This document shows, in pieces, positions 57,492 to 64,000 of a DNA stretch of 64,000 nucleotides. This stretch comes from Eledone cirrhosa (lineage: Eukaryota): the NCBI GenBank assembly GCA_964016885.1, contig OZ024740.1, forward strand, positions 371,442,001 through 371,506,000. The letters run 5' to 3'. The position numbers and the translations under genes were made by a program. The notes beneath the pieces were generated by a model. The model searched no databases and was not told where the DNA came from. It worked only from the letters and a program-made list of their open reading frames with translations. How positions within the stretch are numbered: the first letter of the stretch is position 1; every line of letters starts with the position of its first letter.

Positions 57492-57952
57492 CTATTCTCA
57501 GCTAAGTCTCCAGGCAATGCGCGGACACTAGGGACTCATATAAAAATAATAATAATTCGGTGGATAGAACAGCTAGCGGGGACTGGATTCCATGCACTGA
57601 AAAAGTTCGCTGTCTCTGGTCAAATGGCAGATTCTAGAGAATCAATCACGTGACACAGAGGCTAGTCGGAAGGAGTGGGTTGGTAAGATGACAAAAGCCT
57701 ACTACCACACCAATGAATTAGTAGTGGATTTGGCAGGTTTGCTCAACAAATAAATAATTTGGAGATAAATATAGAGAATTAGTATATCTACCAACATATG
57801 CGTACAGATGTACACTAATGCTAGCAAATACATAAGTTATGTCATAGTACCTAGGTGGTTCAATGCAGGAGGGTGCAGAACAATTATATGAAAGACGTAA
57901 AATAAGAAAATTAAAAAAAAAATTAAAAATTAACTTACTTACTAACATTTTC

Positions 57953-58034
57953 ACTCTTACTAATTAGTTTCTGTAATGGGATAAAGATAGTTACGTAATA
58001 TAACCATCAAGAATTCATTACGTCATCAGGGAGT
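57953..58034 (-). ncRNA. Hammerhead motif, one stem I mismatch
   Basis: As 57410-57491 but ends CTAATTAG-TA-AGAGT. Confidence 0.6.
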
Positions 58035-58776
58035 CTATTCTCAGCTAAGTCTCCAGGCAATGCGCGGACACTAGGGACTCATATAAAAATAATAATAATT
58101 CGGTCCCTGGCAAAGAACGGAAAGTATCAGGAGTTTTAGGTATGTTTTCCTGCTTGGTACGGGTATGTTCTTTGTAGAAATATTCAGATGTTGTTTCTGC
58201 ATGATGAATATAAGCCAATAGAGTGCTCAACCCTTTAAGGGTGAAAGCAGCGATTCTTTGCTTAAACTATATAGTAACTATCTTTATCCCATTACAGAAA
58301 CTAATTAGTTGGAGTGAAAATTTTAGTAAGTAAGTTAATTTTTAATTTTTTAACAAATTTTCTTATTTTACGTCTTTCATATAATTGTTCTGCATCCTCC
58401 TGCATTGAACCACCTAGGTACTATGACATAACTTATGTATTTGCTAGCATTAGTGTACATCTGTACGCATATGTTGGTAGATATACTAATTCTCTATATT
58501 TATCTCCAAATTATTTATTTGTTGAGCAAACCTGCCAAATCCACTACTAATTCATTGGTGTGGTAGTAGGCTTTTGTCATCTTACCAACCCACTCCTTCC
58601 GACTAGCCTCTGTGTCACGTGATTGATTCTCTAGAATCTGCCATTTGACCAGAGACAGCGAACTTTTTCAGTGCATGGAATCCAGTCCCCTCTAGCTGTT
58701 CCATCCACCGAATTATTATTATTTTTATATGAGTCCCTAGTATCCGCGCATTGCCTGGAGACTTAGCTGAGAATAG

Positions 58777-58858
58777 ACTCCCTGATGACGTAATGAATTC
58801 TCGATGGTTATATTACGTAACTATCTTTATCTCATTATAGAAACTAATTAGTTGGAGT
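58777..58858 (+). ncRNA. Type I hammerhead motif with long stem II
   Basis: ACTCC-CTGATGA-CGTAATG...CATTATA-GAAA-CTAATTAG-TT-GGAGT. Confidence 0.72.
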
Positions 58859-59030
58859 GAAAATGTTAGTAAGTAAGTTAATTTTTTATTTTTTTTTTAA
58901 TTTTCTTATCTTACGTCTTTCATATAATTGTTCTGCATCCTCCTGCATTGAACCACCTAGGTACTATGACATAACTTATGTATTTGCTAGCATTAGTGTA
59001 CATCTGTACGCATATGTTGGTAGATATACT

Positions 59031-59130
<100 letters not shown>

Positions 59131-59181
59131 TGTAACGTTTTTCGAAATATTTACTTCTGCGTTCACAGATTGATTATTTTT

Positions 59182-59232
59182 AGTTTCAGAAGATCCCTTT
59201 AAGGGTGAAAGCAACGATTCTTTGCTTAAACT
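59182..59232 (+). ncRNA. Hammerhead-like motif, U4A core
   Basis: AGTTT-CAGAAGA-TCCCTTTAAGGGT-GAAA-GCAACGATTCTTTGC-TT-AAACT. Confidence 0.58.
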
Positions 59233-59369
59233 TTAATCTGTTATTTTAAAATATATATATAATTATGTATTCGTGTACAGATATTTTTGCACAATAACAA
59301 AATATAAACAAACGTATTTATTTCACGAGGCTCGATAAGGATAAATATATATCAAATATATAAGAACCC

Positions 59370-59408
59370 TATTGCAAATCCCGAGCAACGCCGGGCCATT
59401 CTGCTAAT
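59370..59408 (+). mobile_element. Helitron-type 3' terminus
   Basis: Hairpin CCCGAGCAACGCCGGG then TTCTGCTAAT (CTRR); possible partner of the 5' end near 55942. Confidence 0.55.
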
Positions 59409-59419
59409 TTTGAATAACA

Positions 59420-60452
59420 TAATTGTTTCTACTTTATGCACAAGGCCAGAAAATTTTTTAAGAGATGGGGAAAGTCGATTAAATCGACCCCAGTACGTTA
59501 CTGGTGCTTTATTTTATCGACCCCGTAAGGATGAAAGGCAAAGTTAACCTCGGAGGGATTTGAACTCAGGCCGTAAAGGGGCGTAACTCTATGCTGCAAA
59601 GCATGGCGTCCGACCCTAAAATAGTGATTTCTAGTATAGGCACAAGGCCAATAATTTTGAGGGATGGGAAAGTCGATTAAATCGACCCCAGAGCATTATT
59701 GGTGCTTTATATTATCGACCCCATAAGGACGAAAGGCAAAGTTAACATCGGCGGGATTTGAACTCATACCGTAAAGGGGCGTAACTCCATGCTGCAAAAC
59801 ATGGCGCCCGAATCTAAAATAATTGTTTCTACTTTTGGCACAAGGCCAGCAATTATCCCAGTGTATTACTGGCACTTTATTTTATCGACCCCGTAAGGAT
59901 GAAAGACAAAGTTAATCTCGGCGGGATTTGAACTCAGACCATAAAGGGGCGTAACTCTTTGCTGCAAAGCATGGCGTCCGACCATCAACCGATACTGCCA
60001 ATACCCCATCCGACCCTAAAATATTGGTTTCTTATATAGGCACAGGGTCAGCAATTCTGGAGGAGGGGAAAGTCGATTAAATCGACCCCAGTGCGTGACT
60101 GGTACTTTATTTATCGACCCCGTAAGGATGAAAGGCAAAGTTAACCTCCGCGGGATTTGAACTCAGACCATAAAGGGGCATAACTCTTTGCTGCAAAGCA
60201 AGGTGTCCGACCCTCTGCCGATACTGCCAATCCACTATCCGACCCTAAAATAATTGTTTCTACGTTAGGCACAAGGCCAGCAATTACCCAGTGCATTACT
60301 GGTACTTTATTTTATCGACCCCGTAAGGATGAAAGGCAAAGTTAACCTCGGCGGGATTTGAACTCAGAATGGCAAGGGCCGTAACTCTATGCGTCAATGC
60401 ATGGCGTCCGACCCTCTACCGATACTGCCAGTCCACCGCCATCTCCGACCCT
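59420..60452 (-). mobile_element. Tandem array of five tRNA-derived SINE copies
   Basis: Five same-orientation units separated by variants of TCCGACCCTAAAATA. Confidence 0.88.
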
Positions 60453-61013
60453 AAAATAATGAAACTAAATCTCATTAGGTTATTACTCAAGATTATTGCT
60501 CATATCATAACCCATTTAATCAAATTTAATCAGATTTATTAATTACTGGTTTTCTTTTTGAAACAGTTGATTGTCTGAAATGATAATATAGGAAATATCT
60601 TTGCCTGTTTATTCCAGTTAGCACTGCCTGCCATCTCTTAGGGAACGATAAAATCAGTATGAGTAATCCACTGCAGTCAATCTAATTGACACAACTTCTC
60701 TATAAATTTGTGACCTTGTTTTATTCTAATAATTAATTGCACTAATTAGCTTTAATAATTGATAATTCTCATAATTTATTATTTGCATGGTATAATCTCC
60801 CCCCCCTCTCTCTCTCTATATATATATACACATACACACACTCATGTATATATATATATATATATATATACATACACACATGCACACATACACACGCATA
60901 TACACACATACACACTCACACATACATATACGCACCCACCCATATACACACATATATATATATATATATGTTAGATGCATACAAATATGTATTTGAATTT
61001 CGTATTTCTAAAT

Positions 61014-61438
<425 letters not shown>

Positions 61439-61756
61439 AAGTATAGATACAGAAAATAAAAGGTTGTCGAAGTAAAAATAAAACCGAAAATAATGAGAGT
61501 AAACGAGGTAGTTTCGGGAACGATTTTGGGACGCAAAGTGAAGTGTATGCATTAGTGTCGATATCATGTATGGGTAGTATGTGTATGTTTAAACGTGAGT
61601 GTTTTGTTAGAGGTTTATTGTACAAAGTATCAAAGTTTGTGTCTGTATAGCTATATAGCAGAGTTTTGTAGCTTGCGTGAAGCATTGTTTAAGAAGAAAC
61701 ACAAACTTAAATTTTGAAGACCAACACAATGCGTTGTGGTCTTCAAAATTTAAATT

Positions 61757-61799
<43 letters not shown>

Positions 61800-61980
61800 T
61801 CTGAATTTGTTTAGCAAGGTTCTTTATCTGAAAACGTGTGTTGAAACCGATATTGTTATACTTTGGGAGGATCATGTTGCCAATAAGAAATACACGCACC
61901 ATCTACTTTCACTTCAATTTATTATAAATTTCCGGTTGGTTGGTTGGTTGGTTCCACAACCGGATGGTTGTTCATATATT

Positions 61981-62023
61981 GTCAAAGTTCTTTCGTCACA
62001 CATTCTGTGACCTCTTCAGTGAC
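61981..62023 (-). ncRNA. Minimal hammerhead motif in PLE pLTR
   Basis: GTCA-CTGAAGA-G-GTCACAGAATGTGTGAC-GAAA-GAAC-TT-TGAC; the plus-strand copy at 63765-63806 has a mutated cleavage site. Confidence 0.68.
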
Positions 62024-62207
62024 TGGGGATTCTTTTCTTTGTTTTGTGCCTCTCCTTTGTTCTGTCCTACGCCATCTTGTTTTTGTGTGTGTTGTGTGCT
62101 TAGTTTGCGCATATGTTACATCCGGGTGTCTGGGTGTGTTTTTATTTGTTTATTTACATGTTACTAGTTAGTTGTTTGTTCTATGTGTGTGTGTTTTCAT
62201 TTTGTCC

Positions 62208-63130
62208 TTAATTGGAAGTTGTGATGTTGCTATTCCATTCATGTTTTCTATATAATTTTGGTTGGTGTTCATTTATGTTTATTGCCTCTGTGATTTGTCT
62301 AAATATTGCGTCTTTTCTGTGTGTAGATTTTATTTTTATTTCTATGTTCTCTAATTTGCCCTTATGTTCTATTTTAGCATGTTGGTGGAGTACTGATGAG
62401 TCTTTTCTATCTTGGCGTTCTCGCCAGTGTTCATTTAATCGTTCTCCTATGCTACGAGCTGTCTCACCTATGTACATTATATTTTTATCTTTACATTGTC
62501 CTTCAGTACATCTTATGCTATATACTATGTTTCTAGTTTTACAGTTAATATGGAGTCTTAGTTTACAGATTATGCATTTCTTATCTATACAGGGAGGTCT
62601 TTGAAAAGGGTATGTATTACTAATAAATGTTTTTATGGAGGTACCTGGTCTTTCTACTATCTTAATATTTAGTTTAAATTTACCTCGGGCCCTTCTAAAT
62701 TTATAAGCTAGTTCACCTCTAGGGGTTGTATTGATGAACATAACACTCTGGTATTTATTGTTATCATACAATGAGTTTATTTTATTAACCTTATTCCTAG
62801 TTCTTTCTATTCTATTCCAAAATTTGCTCCTATACAAGGGGCAGGTCCCATTTGTATCATTATTTACCATTTTTTCCCATTTGGTTCTGGCTCCTCTATT
62901 TACTCTGATTTTATCTCTCTGATTGTAACCAGAAAACAGCATACGGTGGATGAAGTGTTGTATGTGTCTCTCTAGTTCTTTGGGGTTGCACATGCGGGAC
63001 ACGTTCCTCATCACCCTTACTAAATCCGCATTCAGTATGTTGATTTTGGTGTGATCCGAAGCAGCTGAGTTTCGGTGGATCAGGTATTTGGAAGTCATGG
63101 GTTTGGCATAATGGGAATGGAGGATTTGTT
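62208..63130 (-). pseudogene. PLE ORF C-terminal part (RT thumb, Cys-rich linker, GIY-YIG)
   Basis: HYAKPMTSKYLIHRNSA, MLFSGY, CIDKKCIIC..CKTRNIVYSIRC...MYIGETARSIGERLNEH...RQITEAINI. Confidence 0.88.
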
Positions 63131-63180
63131 TTTTGTTATTAATGGTTTCTAGCCAGAGCTCTGTATCTAGTACAAAGACA

Positions 63181-63580
63181 TCCGTGTATAGATAAGAAAT
63201 GCATAATCTGTAAACTAAGCCCCCATATTAACTGTAAAACTAGAAACATAGTATATAACATAAGATGTACTGAGGGACAATGTACAGATAAAAATATAAA
63301 AAAAAATATAATGTACATAGGTGAGACAGCTCGTAGCATAGGAGAACGATTAAATGAACACTGGCGAGAACGCCAAGATAGAAAATACTCATCAGTACTC
63401 CACCAACATGCTAAAATAGAACATAAGGGCAAATTAGAGAACATAGAAATAAAAATAAAATCTACACACAGAAAAGACGCAATGTTTAGACAAATCACAG
63501 ACGCAATAAACATAAATGAACTCCAACCAAAATTATATAGAAAACATGAATGGAATAGCAACATCACAACTTCCAATTAA
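63181..63580 (+). pseudogene. Inverted duplicate of the GIY-YIG C-terminus
   Basis: MYIGETARSIGERLNEH...HEWNSNITTSN, near-identical to the minus copy. Confidence 0.85.
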
Positions 63581-64000
63581 GGACAAAATGAAAACACACA
63601 CACATAGAACAAACAACTAACTAGTAACATGTAAATAAACAAATAAAAACACACACAGACACCCGGATGTAACACATGCGCAAACTGAGCACACAACACA
63701 CACAAAAACAAGATGGCGTAGGACAGAACAAAGGAGAGGCACAAAACAAAGAAAAGAATCCCCAGTCACTGAAGAGGTCACAGAATGTGTGACGAAAGAA
63801 CGTGACAATATATGAACCATCCGGTTGTGGAACCTGTAATGACCTACATTCCGCGGGCTCACATACATTCTCTGTGCGTGATTTGGCCAATCAGCGCCAG
63901 TAGAAGAGGATGTATCCCTACGCGCCCTGAGGGAGAAATTACCCGAAAAGATTTGAAGAATCTCTCTCTCCAACCAGGAACTTCGAACCAGCAACACGTA

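Larger units (their letters stand above)
61950..64000. mobile_element. Penelope-like element: minus-strand truncated copy joined to inverted plus-strand copy
   Basis: About 61950-62592 is inverted relative to about 63185-63830; may extend beyond the window. Confidence 0.88.

Noticed and set aside
59420-60460. CRISPR-like repeat-spacer pattern
   Set aside because: The intervening units are homologous SINE copies; eukaryotic context with no cas genes
61698-61763. Short hairpin ACACAAACTTAAATTTTGAAGACCA..TGGTCTTCAAAATTTAAATTTGTGT as a terminator or pre-miRNA
   Set aside because: Abuts (TA)n like the other fold-back stubs; no expression evidence

Overview
AT-rich, microsatellite-dense animal non-coding DNA. 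The SINE family and repeat landscape look like coleoid cephalopod (Octopus-like) DNA; that taxon call is an inference. No host protein-coding gene is supported, and most listed ORFs are translations of (CA)n, (TA)n or (TATG)n tracts. The window holds many decayed transposons: a 5'-truncated R4/Dong-like non-LTR element (RT plus restriction-like endonuclease), four Penelope-like element (PLE) remnants with GIY-YIG endonucleases, RTE and Tx1/L1 LINE fossils, a mariner fossil, non-autonomous Helitrons and more than 15 tRNA-derived SINE copies. The most striking signal is invisible in the ORF track. Reading by eye on both strands, I find about 29 minimal type I hammerhead ribozyme (HHR) motifs, some mutated, from roughly ten sequence families. 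They sit in short, mostly non-coding elements inserted in (TA)n tracts, arranged as fold-back palindromes or as tandem monomers of about 390-590 bp. Three families have a compensatory U3-A8 core (UUGAUAA or UUGAAAA) in place of C3-G8, and one family has CAGAAGA (U4A) in all five complete copies. Folds were assigned manually and no activity is demonstrated.
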